Positions 50,654 through 63,664 of a DNA stretch of 64,000 nucleotides are shown here, piece by piece. Below the pieces are notes generated by a model. That model made no database searches and was not told the DNA's origin. It saw only the letters and a list, made by a program, of their open reading frames with translations. Every line of letters begins with the position of its first letter. The stretch's first letter is position 1. This DNA comes from Neoconidiobolus thromboides FSU 785 (lineage: Eukaryota; Fungi; Entomophthoromycota): positions 62,001 to 126,000 of the forward strand of contig MU626294.1 in NCBI GenBank assembly GCA_025603075.1. Reading direction: 5' to 3'. Position numbers and translations under genes: made by a program.

Positions 50654-53485
50654 ATGCTACGTAACACAGCAAGATTGACCTTAAGAAATAGATTAAGAGT
50701 AATAGATACTAATAATACAATACTTCAGCCATTGTTAATCGCTAATCTAATGTAGCTTACTAGTCTATTATCCCATAGTGCCCAAAGAAACTTTAGTCTA
50801 TCAAGTGTTAAAGTAAATAATAATGAATGTAAAAATGGAAATTAAACCAATTTAATTAGCTTACAGAAACTAGAAATAATATAGAAAAGCATGAGTTTAA
50901 AACAGAGACCAGTAAATTATTAGATATTGTTGCTAACTCTTTATATTCTGATAAAGAGGTAATTATAATAATTATTAAAATGTTAGAAAACAATTTATCT
51001 TTATTACTATTATTTAGGTTTTTATAAGGTAAATCAGAAATCAGCAAATAATTAATAGAAATATTCATTATGTCTTTAGAGAACTTATTTCAAATGCAGC
51101 AGACGCAAGTGAAAAATTAAAGCATAACGAATTAGTTAACAAGGAAAGTTTAGAATTAGATGACTCTCAAGTTCAACCTGAAATTGAAATTAGTTTAGAT
51201 TCAGCTAATAATACTTTTACCATTCAAGTAAATATTTTAAGGAATTGATAAAATAAGATATAATTGAAATTCAATTACTAGGATAGAGGAATTGGATTAA
51301 CACTTGAAGAATTACATAAAGTAAAGCATATTAAACAATAGCAGTGGTATAACAATTAATGAAAATTATAGAATTTAGGCACTATTGCAAGTTCCGGCTC
51401 TAAAAAATTTATTCAAGACTTAAAAAACGAAGCTGGAGGAGATAAAGACCATAAAATCATTGGTCAGTTTGGTGTCGGATTTTATTCAGGCTTTATGGTC
51501 AGTAATAAAATCGAAGTATTTACACGTTCAGCTTTGAAGGGCTCAATTGGATACTGCTGGTCATCAGATGGGTAAGGAGGTAGTTATAATAATATATAAA
51601 TTAATAATATTTCTATAGATTAAACTCTTACCAAATATCTGAAGTGGCTGACTTACCAGTTGGAACTAAAATAATTTTACATTTAAAAGAGAAAGAATTT
51701 CTAGATAAGGAAAAAGTAAAATGTAAGTATAATTTATATTGTTTGATTTGATTTTTAGTAACAATTACTAGCTATTATTAAAAAGTATAGTAACTTTGTC
51801 AGTTTTCCTATAAAATTAGAAGGGGATGTCATTAATGATGTGGAGCCTATTTGGAATAAGGTAAGCTAGTAGCATATATATATAAGCTATACACTAATTA
51901 TAATAGAATGCACATCAAATTACCCAAGAAGAGCACGATGCCTTTTATCAATCAATTACTAAAGTAAAACAATTTAGCATATTACAATATAATATAACTA
52001 ATGATAGTATAGAAAATGGATAAACCTTATTATTCTTTAGCATATAAAACAGATGCTCCAATAAGTATTAAGAGTGTATTTTATATACCAGAAAAGAACA
52101 ATAATTTATTTAATAATGAAATGAATGAGGCTGGTGTTACTTTATATTCTAGAAATGTTATGATTAGTAATAAAACTCATCTATTATTACCTCACTGGTT
52201 GAGATTTGTTCAAGGTAAGTCATGATTATATCATTTTTATATAAAAATATTTAAAGCTATGTAAATTATAGGTGTGGTCGACTCAGAGGATATACCATTA
52301 AATTTGAGTAGAGAAATGTTACAGAAAGGTGCCTTAATTAATAAATTAAAGAGTATATTATCCACCAAAATTATTAAATGGTTGAAAGACGAAGCTAAAA
52401 GAGATGGGGCTAAATTTAATCAATTTTATTTGAGCTTTAATCGCTATTTTAAAGAAGCTGTTATCTTAGAAGAATTTAGTCAGTATAGAGTAACTTTGTA
52501 TTTTTATTTATTGTCTATCAATTTAATAACATTTTCTCTTTAGAGCGATGTAATTCCTTTATTGAGATTTTACTCATCCCACGCCGACGATTTAATCCAA
52601 TTCTCCGATTATAAACAAAGAATGAAACCAGATCAAAAATCCATTTATTATAGCTGCAGTAATAAATCTGAAGCTTTATCAAACCCCTACTATGAACCTT
52701 ATAAAAAGAATGATATTGAAGTAAGTTATTATTAATGATAGTAATAACGGTTTATTAAACGAGTGTTTAATTTTAGGTGTTATTCTTAAATGATCAAGTA
52801 GACAAAGTATTAGCTGATGTAACAAGAGAATATGAAGGTATCCCATTGGTTGATATTGAATCCACTGTAGGGAATGAAGAGATAGCTAAATTTGATACGA
52901 CTCCAGCACAAGATGAAGGACTTAAACAAGAAGATTTTAACGAATTAAGAACTTTTATTATTGAGAAATTAGGTGCTAAATTAGCTGTATCCAAAATTGA
53001 GGTAAATGAGCCATTGAGATTATTTGTATTTATTTAATTTATTCTTTAAGGTTGCAAAAACAAGCACTAGTTATCCAGCCTTAGCTGTTGGACATCAATA
53101 TGATAAAGATCGTAAGCTTCCTCTTAAAACAATACATTAGAATATTTTACTTACATTAGTTATTAGCTTATATGAGAGAAGTATTAAAGCAAAGTTTAGC
53201 TCCAGGACAAGAAATGCCTTTAGTACCAATCACTATTCAAATGTCAAAACAACATTCAATTGTTATTGGATTGGCTGAATTAATTAAATCAGACCCTACA
53301 TTAGCCGAAGCTATTTCAGAACAAGTAAAATATTATTTATCTTAATTTCATCCTTCTATAACTTATTTTTATAGATTATTAATAATGCAAGAGTAGTAGC
53401 AGGTTTAAGTGATGATATTAAGCCTATGATGAGTAAACTAAATTTGTTAATTGAACAACTAGTACAGCTTAAAGTAAAACAATAA
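50654..53485 (+). CDS. TRAP1: Mitochondrial Hsp90 (TRAP1/Hsp75), about 17 exons
   Basis: Arg-rich presequence [15 protein letters not shown]; [37 protein letters not shown]; DRGIG; [10 protein letters not shown]; [11 protein letters not shown]; [16 protein letters not shown]; no MEEVD tail. Confidence 0.9.
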
Positions 53486-53568
53486 ACCAAAAATAAAATA
53501 GAACTACAGTAATAATGATTTTTTATTTATTTATTTTAATCTATATTCTTTTTTATAAATAACCAAGT

Positions 53569-55442
53569 TTATTCTTTATTAAATTCTATTTTTTTTAATG
53601 TTTCCTAGAATGAAATTAGATCCTTTGATTATAATAATTAATATGATTCTTACCTGATAATTCAACTTCCAAGGTTTAAATTCTTTTTCAGCAACATGCA
53701 TTTGTTTTAGAAATTCTAGTCTAGATGCTTTAGCTTGCATATTACGGAAAGAAGTCACCTAATTTAAATTGTATATAAGACACTGTAATGAAAAATCATT
53801 TCATATAAAAATACCTCATGAAGTTCCAACATTGTAATTGATAAACCATCTTGATTTGCTCTAGCTGTTCTTCCCACACGGTGAATATACTGTTTGATAA
53901 ATTGTGGAGCATCGTAATTAATGACTCCCTCTACGTTATCTACATCTAAACCACGAGCCAATAAATCGGAACAGATAAGCACATTAATCTCATTTTTTTT
54001 AAATCCTTTTAAAACATCCAACTTTTGTTTTCTACTTAATTCAGAGTGATAACTTTTAACGTTCAATTTCAAAAGATATTCTTTCTCTTTTTCATTTGTT
54101 ATACTTTGTACATATTCATTAATAAAATTAAGTAACATATCACACACATTGATTGACTTTGTAAAGACCAAGACTGAGTTTAATTGGGCTTGATTTAATA
54201 AATATAATAACAAAATAGGTTTGTAACTGGGTGAACATGCCACATATTTTTCCACCAATGACTTGGGAGTATTGTATCGGATAGTTTCCTTACCATTAGG
54301 TTGAATTACAATATATTTTGGTTCTTTTAATTTTAAGTTACTAATCTTTCCTGGATTTCTTGTCAAAGTAGCACTAAATAACAACTTTTGTAGCTGTTCT
54401 CTTCGACTTGAAAGTTGATATTCTTCCTCTTCACTAACAGTTATTTCTTGATTGACAGCGTCATGTCTTAATGAAGATACGTCCATACTGTTTAAATTAA
54501 CATTTAATTTGCTATTTAAACTTGGTTTATTGTCTACAGCGTCTAGAACTTTATTTAGCCAATCATAAAATGTTTGATTCAACAAACGATCCGCTTCGTC
54601 AATTACCAAATATCTCAAATGTTGTAGACTAAAATTTTTAGTTTTTGATATGTGATCCATCAACCTACCAGGGGTAGTGATCAATATATCTACTTTGCTA
54701 GATCCTCCTAATAGACTTTTATATAAAAACATTATTACCTTGAATAAAAACTGTGATACATTAACTTACTCTTCATTCAATTCATTAACCAATAATCCCT
54801 GTTCTGCCTGAAAAGAGTTCATTTTATAAATACCAGCTACCTAAACCCACCTTAATTAAAAAAAACTTCATATAATTGTCAATTTGAAAATTTACCTTCA
54901 GATCTGTTCCCTTACAGAAATAGGCAAAAGTTTCTCGAACTTGAGCCACAAGATCATAGGTAGGTAGCAAAACTAAAGCTCTCAATCTCACCACAACACG
55001 TGGCATTAAATTTTGAATAATTGGTAATACATAAGCTAATGTTTTACCCGAACCTGTGGGCGCAGAGACGCATAAATCTCCAGGAAAGTAACGGGTTGAT
55101 AAGTAATTGCTATTAATTAAGATGGGTAGCACTGCTTTTTGAACTATATGATCATTAGATTATTTTTTCGGTTTTATTATTAGATTAAATTATACCAGCA
55201 AACAAGGACGTTATATTTATACTATTACATCCCTCTATCAATTTTTGATTTAATACATCTGTTAACTCGGTTATGTCCTGGGCCTCATCGTTGTCAATAA
55301 TTGTTGGATTGGCAAGCCAATTTGGTAAACCTAGCTTTGAGGTTTTAAACTCTTTCTTTTTAGTTTCTAAATCTTCAAATTCTTGCTCAAAACGTGTTAA
55401 ACCGAGCTCTTCGCGCTCCCTTTTAATGCTGTTTTCGGTCAT
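53569..55442 (-). CDS. DBP6: DEAD-box RNA helicase Dbp6/DDX51, about 5 exons
   Basis: GDLCVSAPTGSGKTLAY, LRALVLLPT, TPGRLMDH, DEAD, LFSATL, HRVGRTARA; last exon ends at TAA 53569. Confidence 0.9.
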
Positions 55443-56182
55443 TGAGAGTTTTTTTTTTAGAAAGTAAATTCAAAAGACAAAATATTAGATTAAAACTCGA
55501 TTTTGTTAGTAGTTTGTTTATACTCAAGAATTTAGTAGACTTGTCTTATTTTTATGCCCAAAATTTAATTTTTATTTTTTTAACCAGATTAAAATAATTT
55601 TTACTAAAATGTGATTTATAAGACACCAAAACATTAATTTTTAGGCTGATATTGTAATAAATTATTTTGGCCTACTAACAACCATGTTTTATAGCGACTC
55701 TGTAAAATCTTTAAGTAGATTAATATTCGGCTTCAACTTTATCTCGAAGCTAATAGCCAACTACCGTTTGTTTCTACATAAACCTATTGCCTCTTTGGTT
55801 ATCATTAAAATTTCGGCTTTTATTAATATCCTGCTCCCTCTTTTTTCTGCTAATTATATAAAAAGGCTAAAATAGTTTAGTCTTACAGTAACTTAAGTCG
55901 CTCAACCTTAGGATGTTGCAAGTTACCTTGCCTAAGGATTTTTTACTAATAGTATGTATTCAACATACCTTTAGTTTTATTGATAGTAGATCACAGTTTA
56001 TGCATACTTTAAAAAAAGTTTAATAAATGGTAATAAGCAAATTATACTACATTGTATTTTATAGTAAGCTTAAAATATTGTGAAAATTATCAAGTTTCTA
56101 ATGTACTAAGTTTTGTATACAAAAAACTATGTTATTATTTTTATTTATTAATTTAATATAGAATAGTTGGAACAATTTAAAA

Positions 56183-59100
56183 TTAAAGCTTCAAAGTATC
56201 ACTTAAAAATGAAACTTTACCCACAATAGTCTCGCGGCTAACCATTCCAATGATTTTTGTTTGTAAAGCAGTAGGCGCAATAGTAATTCCTAGGAGGAAG
56301 ACTCCAATAATGATGAACAAGATTCCGTACAAAATACATCTACGACGGCGAATAGCTTTTTGTCTAATTGAAAAGATTGGTGGTCGGATTTGACGTGATG
56401 GGCTCAACCAGAAAAGAATCATTGAATGCCATTTGTCTGCTAATGGGACCAAGCAGAATGGAGCAAGTGAAATCAAGATGATGTGAGCAATGATAAAATC
56501 AGTGGCAAAGAGGGACATTTCAATAATCTTACATACAAATTCACGTAATGGCTGGGTAATTGCCATCCATCCTAACCCAGCCGATGCCCATTTACCGGTC
56601 CACCAAGCACAGTTAGCACCATCATGCCCGAATTCTCTTGTCAAAAAAAGGAACATTAAAAATCCGAAAATAAACCGTTGAATAAACATTGCAGCTGTAA
56701 GACCAAGTAAAGTTCTAGCTAAACTAAAGTTCTCTAATACATAAAGAAGAAGAGCACAGATAATTAAATTAAGAACGGACCAAGCATGAGCAATGGCTGC
56801 GATTACTCCACCAAACTTCTTGAAACAAGCTGTTGCGATTGGCCCTAAGAGTAAGGAGATTGGGAATAAAACAACTAGTATACCAGCATTTAAGGCAATA
56901 GGAGCTAAAGCGATTACTCCAGCTTTCATTATACCACTTGACTTAGCATTGGGTGGAAATGTCTTAAGTGCTTGATATGGACTTGTGTTCTTAGAGGCTT
57001 TTTCATAATATGAACTTTTAGAGTTTCCATAAGTTTTCCATATTGCTGCAGGGTCATATGAAGACATAGTGTTGTAAATCAACACTACAATAATGGCAGA
57101 CAAGAGAGGAATTAAAACTTCACTAGCAAAAATGACGAGTCGATTAGCTCTAGGAACATGCCCACCTATTTTACGCTCTTTATCACCGAGTTTCTTACGC
57201 TTTTGACCAGTAATTCTAGTACGTGCATAACGACAATGAGAAATCCACGAGTCTTTAGCTGTTTGAGAGTTACCTTTTGACATCCAGCGCATAAATGCAC
57301 GATAATCCAAAATGAATTCGGCTAATGAAAATTGATGTGGATTGAAAATCCATGGACTCAAAACCATACCACAGACTGTAAACCAGAAATAAAGGTAAGA
57401 TGGCTGCCATGTATTTTCAGCTAAACAAGCAAAAAACAAGAGTAAGAAGCAACGCATACCAGTATAGAGACTTGATGAAGCAAAACGGGAATAAAGAGTA
57501 GCAAATGGTTGACGAGTGGTTGCAAAACCACGACCTGTACCAATGTAGCGAGCACCACCAAAGCTCATGTTACTGAGAAGAGCATTTGAGTATATCTGAG
57601 TTGTGAAGATTTCAAAGAGAGGTGCAAAAGAGCCTACTTGTTTTAACAAACGCGTAATCATCCTTATAAATCCTTGTTCAGATAAAACTTGCATCATTAA
57701 TGGTAAAAACGTAATAAACAAAACTAAAAAAACAGAAAGGATAGTACGATTGATCCAACCACCAATACCTGCTATGTTCAAACATTCAAAGCTTACAGTT
57801 GGAATTTCAGATGAACTAGATGCACAAATATTTTGAGTAGAAGCTATCACACCATAGCATGCCAAAACAAACATAAAAACTTGAATTGAGAACATGATCA
57901 TAATATTGTTAATTTGGAACCCAGGATGAGCATAAAACAAAGTAAGCATTCGATCAAGAGGTAATTGAGTATATAAATAATAATATTCTCTTGATAAAAG
58001 TTGTTCACCCATACCAGTACCAATCTTAGTAGTAAAGTTAAGTACTGAGCAAAAACCGAGATCACGACCTTTACCACACTGTACATACTCACAATGTTTA
58101 ACTCTTCCACCTCTTTGAAAAGCATTCATACCAGCATAAATATCTTCATTTAAATGAAGACCTTTTTGTGCTTTGGAAAGGCCACCTCTTGTATTCATAA
58201 AAATCATATTAAGGAAATCAGGATGCCCATAATGTAGACGACCACCAACAGTTGACAAAATACGATGAGTCAAAGTACCAAAGGTTGCTTCTTTACCAGC
58301 AGCAATATCACCAAGAATACCAATATTCTCAGAGAAAATATATTCACGTGCACCCAAAATTGCAACAGGCTTTAATTCTTCATCAAGATGTGATGGAGGA
58401 GAATAAGGAGAATGTGGAGGAGGATGGTATTCTTCAAATTCGGCTAAAACACTACGGATCTTAAGAGCCTCTTCAAGGTAATTGTCTTGATTAGCATCAA
58501 TAACCTGTAAATATTCACCACGGGTGAAAATGACTGAATGATTTTGATTATCTGATTTACCATCACCAAGAATAGGATTACCAGGAATTCTTACACGATA
58601 TCTTGGGATCCTTTTACCTTCTTCATTAAGCTCACAATGTCCATCAATTAAACAACTGTATATTTTAGGTGATTCACCCTCTTTGTCTGAAGGAACTTCA
58701 TCTAAATATGCAATTTGTAGGTCAGGATATGTTTTCATTAAAAATTCTACATTTTCTTTTTCTTCTTTGTTGAATTTTGTAAAACGTTGCATAGATATAA
58801 GGAAGTTGAACTTTCTGCGTGCCATTAAATTAAGCTCAGTTTCAAGCGCATCCGAGTTTCCACCAAGAATATGAACTAATTCAGGGTTTTCAATACGATG
58901 TAATAGCTTAAGCGCTTTTGAATAGTTCATAAAACCAGAAATTGTACGATATAAGGTTTGAGTACGAAGAGATGCCCAGATACGTGTACGTAAAGTAAAT
59001 TCGGGCGCAGCAGACTTGAAACCAATACAATAAAATGGCAAGTCTTCAGTTTTAACTTTACCATCGCTCTTTTCATCTTCTTGGAAAGTTGGTGGTTCAT

Positions 59101-62008
59101 CAGACATAATTGCATTTTCTTCTGCAAGAACTTTCGAATCTTTAACAAAGTTATCCCATTCAACAGAATAGAGTGATTTAAGATATTCTAATAATGTAAC
59201 ACGAGTAAATTGATCATCTTCACGGATAATTTCACGGAGAGATAAAAGGATTTTTTCAGAGTAATGTGGAGTGAATACTGTGAAAGTTGGCATGTTTTCT
59301 ACTGGTAATGGCTCTGGAATGACAGTTGATAAACTTGAAGCAAAAAATGAAACACGACGTTCAGCTTCAGATCCAGGTGGGTAAAACTCTGCATTTAATC
59401 CAACATCCTCTTGTGCAACAAAGAACGTAGGAGGTTTAAGTTTCTTTTTTCCTTCAATGTCACTTGCAACTTGTTGGTACAAAAGTTTTTGTACATGATC
59501 GATTGAAACGAGGTGATCACGATACATCGAAATTACTACGGCATTCCATACTTGGGAACAAAGCATTTTAGGACGAAGTTTTATTTCCATGTTTGATGTT
59601 GCTAAAACTTTAGTATATATACGTTTTGGCATCATTCCAAAAATATTTTTCCAAGGAGAAAGAACCGATATACCCATTTGGAAAGCGTTTGCGACACTAA
59701 ATAAGGAAGTTACAATAACGTACCATAAATAAGTATCTAAGAAAAACATAATCAACAATAAAAGCAGCATAAACATCATAGTGATATATACAAACAATGT
59801 ACATAAATCTTGACTACCAATACTACTACCAAGTAAAGCTTCATTACATCTCTCCATTCTTAAGTAAACAAGGGTACGGAATGCGTCTTTGAAGGATAAA
59901 AGTAAAGAAAAGTAACTTTCAATAAGTTTAGCTAAGAAAATCAAAGCCCACATAGCAATAGATGTTGCACGATTATTGTATGCAAGAGGAGCATAGTCAG
60001 CTGTAAATGCGCGATTGATTATATTTGGCTTGGAGCTTGTTTTTAAAGTAAGTGCTGGGATACGATTAAAAAGATTTGCTGGTGGAATTATTGTAAGAAC
60101 AACTATAGTTACAATACCAATAAAAAGATGTACACCTGCTACAATATAGCCTACAGTGGTCTTCTTTAAATTGGATGGGGTTATACTAAACATTGATAGT
60201 GGTACATCAAGCTGAGATGATGATTTTACCATACTACCAACTTTGGGTTTTGCTTTATTATCGGTGTCTATTTCAAAATAGAAAAGGTAAACGGCGGGAG
60301 CAAGATTCACAAGAAATATGATAAATAACAGTAAATATCGACGAATCAGTATCTTGTAAATTCTCATCGACCTTTCAACAAAAAAGAATTCACAAAAAGT
60401 TGCCCACATAGCAATACCTGCAGCTATTGCACCACCACATCCAGCAAGAGATAGCACATGAGGACTAAAATCATCACCAAAGCTACCTGGTGGTAGAGTT
60501 GAACTTTTATTAACCTCTCTGTATTTTTCATATGTAGTAAAAATAAATTGAGAATTCATTATCCAAAACATGAAGAAGACAGAAAAATGGAAGACCCAAA
60601 CACGTGAAAAGTTAGTAATAATATGGAGCCATGTACGACGTTCAAAGTAAGTTTTTTTAATAGATTGTTTCCAGTTTACTTCTGTTAATTTTAAATAGCG
60701 ATCTCCAGGGGCTAATGAAATTAACTGGGTCTTTTTATCCGACAAGACCAATCTTTCTATACCCTCACGTGACCAAAAAGTTTCATTAATGTCATCATAA
60801 CCAACGACTTGTGCATGATCCTTTTCTCTTTTGAGGAACTGACCATTAACAACTTCATAGGTTTGATCTCTAGTAAATTCATATAGAGGTGTGATGACAG
60901 TATCTAAATATGTTCCCTCAGGGAAATGTGTAGGGTTATGCTCAGTTGTTAAATAGTAGTCATAAGCAACTTTATAAATAAAGCATATAACCTCTGGTAA
61001 ATAACGGACATTTAATGCTTCACCCCAAATACAAAGGTATAAACCAATTTGACGAACACGCTCTACTGAACTGAGTTTACTCATCTTATTACGCCACCAT
61101 TCTTCTAATGAGTCATTCATCATAATATTATCAGCTTCATTATCATACCCTTCTTTCATACTGCTAAGTGGAGTATCTTTATTAAATTCTGTAGCAAAAT
61201 ACCACTTACGGAAGTTTGCATTTTTACCACCAATATAATCGGCATGTAAAGTGAGAAGAGCCAAAGATGGGGTCATACGTGAAGCTCTAGAATCTAACAT
61301 GGTAAGAAAAGCATCATATTGATTTTTTACACTAGATTTCTGAAAACCAAAGCGATTGGAGAGATCTTCAAAGATATCCCATATTTCCTCTTTACTAATT
61401 GGTACTTGATTTTCAACACTCCATGCAGGCCAAGGATAATCTTTAGCTAAAGAACGATGTGGAGGAAGATCAAAGTAATCGGTATTCCCATTAGCTTCAG
61501 AAACCCAAGAGCTTGCTCTTGAGAATGAAGAAACAGATTGAGAAGCAAAGTTATTACGTTTGCTTTCAACTAAAGCTAACAAAGACTCAGTCGATGGTGC
61601 ATAGGCAGCATATCTAGAGTCTGATAATTTTGGGTTTCCCAAAGAACTATAAATATCAACCCCATTAAATCCTCCATTATTGCCATCTGAAAGAACTGAA
61701 GCTCTACCTTGAGATGGAGCAATTGAGTCTGAATAGTAAGACTCTCTACTTTGATTGCCTCCAATCATACGTGGATCAAGAGCTGGTGGAGGGGGAGCGA
61801 ATTGTGGTGAGTTTTCACCGGAAGAATTAGAGGAATGATAGGGAGAATGACGCCCTTGTTCTTGTTCATAATCTGAATACCCTTCATACTCTTCATTTGA
61901 ATATGGACTAGATAACCCCTGGTTGATAGAGTCACTGTTACTATGTTGTAAGTATGGATCATCCGAATTAGAATTATGAGCAGGATAACCTTGTTGATTT
62001 CTACTCAT
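56183..62008 (-). CDS. FKS1: 1,3-beta-glucan synthase catalytic subunit (GT48), intronless, 1941 aa
   Basis: SEAERRVSFFA, RIWASLRTQTLYRT, GDGKSDNQNH, DANQDNYLEE, HYGHPD, LHLNEDIYAG, QCGKGRDLGF, TKIGTGMGEQ. Confidence 0.97.
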   Translation of the reverse strand: MSRNQQGYPAHNSNSDDPYLQHSNSDSINQGLSSPYSNEEYEGYSDYEQEQGRHSPYHSSNSSGENSPQFAPPPPALDPRMIGGNQSRESYYSDSIAPSQGRASVLSDGNNGGFNGVDIYSSLGNPKLSDSRYAAYAPSTESLLALVESKRNNFASQSVSSFSRASSWVSEANGNTDYFDLPPHRSLAKDYPWPAWSVENQVPISKEEIWDIFEDLSNRFGFQKSSVKNQYDAFLTMLDSRASRMTPSLALLTLHADYIGGKNANFRKWYFATEFNKDTPLSSMKEGYDNEADNIMMNDSLEEWWRNKMSKLSSVERVRQIGLYLCIWGEALNVRYLPEVICFIYKVAYDYYLTTEHNPTHFPEGTYLDTVITPLYEFTRDQTYEVVNGQFLKREKDHAQVVGYDDINETFWSREGIERLVLSDKKTQLISLAPGDRYLKLTEVNWKQSIKKTYFERRTWLHIITNFSRVWVFHFSVFFMFWIMNSQFIFTTYEKYREVNKSSTLPPGSFGDDFSPHVLSLAGCGGAIAAGIAMWATFCEFFFVERSMRIYKILIRRYLLLFIIFLVNLAPAVYLFYFEIDTDNKAKPKVGSMVKSSSQLDVPLSMFSITPSNLKKTTVGYIVAGVHLFIGIVTIVVLTIIPPANLFNRIPALTLKTSSKPNIINRAFTADYAPLAYNNRATSIAMWALIFLAKLIESYFSLLLSFKDAFRTLVYLRMERCNEALLGSSIGSQDLCTLFVYITMMFMLLLLLIMFFLDTYLWYVIVTSLFSVANAFQMGISVLSPWKNIFGMMPKRIYTKVLATSNMEIKLRPKMLCSQVWNAVVISMYRDHLVSIDHVQKLLYQQVASDIEGKKKLKPPTFFVAQEDVGLNAEFYPPGSEAERRVSFFASSLSTVIPEPLPVENMPTFTVFTPHYSEKILLSLREIIREDDQFTRVTLLEYLKSLYSVEWDNFVKDSKVLAEENAIMSDEPPTFQEDEKSDGKVKTEDLPFYCIGFKSAAPEFTLRTRIWASLRTQTLYRTISGFMNYSKALKLLHRIENPELVHILGGNSDALETELNLMARRKFNFLISMQRFTKFNKEEKENVEFLMKTYPDLQIAYLDEVPSDKEGESPKIYSCLIDGHCELNEEGKRIPRYRVRIPGNPILGDGKSDNQNHSVIFTRGEYLQVIDANQDNYLEEALKIRSVLAEFEEYHPPPHSPYSPPSHLDEELKPVAILGAREYIFSENIGILGDIAAGKEATFGTLTHRILSTVGGRLHYGHPDFLNMIFMNTRGGLSKAQKGLHLNEDIYAGMNAFQRGGRVKHCEYVQCGKGRDLGFCSVLNFTTKIGTGMGEQLLSREYYYLYTQLPLDRMLTLFYAHPGFQINNIMIMFSIQVFMFVLACYGVIASTQNICASSSSEIPTVSFECLNIAGIGGWINRTILSVFLVLFITFLPLMMQVLSEQGFIRMITRLLKQVGSFAPLFEIFTTQIYSNALLSNMSFGGARYIGTGRGFATTRQPFATLYSRFASSSLYTGMRCFLLLFFACLAENTWQPSYLYFWFTVCGMVLSPWIFNPHQFSLAEFILDYRAFMRWMSKGNSQTAKDSWISHCRYARTRITGQKRKKLGDKERKIGGHVPRANRLVIFASEVLIPLLSAIIVVLIYNTMSSYDPAAIWKTYGNSKSSYYEKASKNTSPYQALKTFPPNAKSSGIMKAGVIALAPIALNAGILVVLFPISLLLGPIATACFKKFGGVIAAIAHAWSVLNLIICALLLYVLENFSLARTLLGLTAAMFIQRFIFGFLMFLFLTREFGHDGANCAWWTGKWASAGLGWMAITQPLREFVCKIIEMSLFATDFIIAHIILISLAPFCLVPLADKWHSMILFWLSPSRQIRPPIFSIRQKAIRRRRCILYGILFIIIGVFLLGITIAPTALQTKIIGMVSRETIVGKVSFLSDTLKL

Positions 62009-63664
62009 GATGTATGTGGATGATAAGTAATAATACTTTTAATCTCAATTGAATATTAACAAATTATATATAATTAACTAACTAAAAAACAAAATTAATT
62101 TATAAAAGAAAGTTTTGGATATAAGTATGTGCAATTTTGATATCCTTATCGTTTAAGAAAAAGATAATAAATTAATATTTGTAGGTTCTTGCCAAATATT
62201 ATATTTGTTCCATTAACCACGAACCACTACAATTTATTCGTTTAGAGCCAATTAAAATAACCCCTTTTTGCAAATGGCCAAATTAAGAAAAAACCCTAAA
62301 TAATAATCTTTATGCAATAATAATTTGCGGACAAATCTCACAATTATTCTGCTCATTTATCAAGGTGGTATTCTGAAACCGAAATAACTTAATATTTTGT
62401 CTTATACGAATTTAATATAAAGATACCTTTTGTATAAGCTTTGATCGTAAGTAAATGACTATATTGTACTATTTTTGAAAAAATGTAATATATCTAGCCA
62501 AAGAATAAATGACCTATTTTATATCTAATTAGGAAGAGTTTGAGCTATTTCATCTTTATATTTACTTTATTGGATTGTTTAGATTTTATTTTACGTCATC
62601 TTATTCCAAACTAAGATATTTAAATAACTTAAAACATTTTGTGTCCAATTAATTAACGTAATTTATTATTTTTTAAAGCTGCTAAAACTGTGACCCTTTT
62701 AATGAACTTTGAACTTTTGGTCATCAAAATTATCAAGTTGAATTGATTTGCTAAAAAATCAAATAAATTTCAGAACCACCTATTCTAATCTAATCAATAA
62801 ATTAAAGGGTCAACAACAATGCAGTTTTTCCCATAGTATTCTTTTTAATATACGCAAGTCAATTTAACTCAGATATTAATAAAAATAGATTATATCAGCC
62901 ATAAATAAAATTACAGTCTTAATTTTAATTTCATTAAATATCAACTTATCTTAAACATTAATAATGTTCGTATGTAGATTTAAATCATATGTATAATAAA
63001 TATTGCTTAATTTATTATGATCTTGTAATTTATTAAACCTGTTATTCTCAATAATCTAAAAATAAACTATTACTTTATAGATTATAAAGTAACCATTTTT
63101 TTAAAAATTAAATAATGCTACTTCCGAATTTGCTTTATTAGTGTATATTTCAACTTTTCTGATTTTCTATTTAAAGCCTATATAAAAATGAAAATCACTA
63201 ACTTAAGCTATGAAACAAATTTAACAAATCTTATTAAATTTATTTACTATAATTGTTTTCTTAAACTATGTAATTTGCCAATTTTTTATAACATGATGAG
63301 TTTAAAGGGCTATTAAAATTATAATACAAACATTTTCAATTGGAAAATACTGCCAAAAAGATAGCGTAATTCAAACAGTTATTTTTAGGAGCTTTGAACA
63401 ATAAATTAAACAAAGTGAACAAAACACTTATTATTGCAATACAATTGTAATATCACATCAAAAATAAATTTCATTCATTTTTTTGTTTACTTTCGTTTTG
63501 AATATTATTAGAATTTTCAAAAAACAACTTCAATTATACCACCCCACCCTTTTGGAAATATTTTCTGAAAATGCTATAATTTTTACAATATAAACTATTA
63601 AATTGCAAAATCTAAAAGCATCATTAATATTTTGTCCAAATTTTGAAAATTACCAAAAAACACC

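Noticed and set aside
56490-61962. Numerous short ORFs nested in or antisense to FKS1
   Set aside because: Shadows of a long codon-biased CDS; the same applies to those within NHA1, OYE, the homeobox gene, TRAP1 and DBP6
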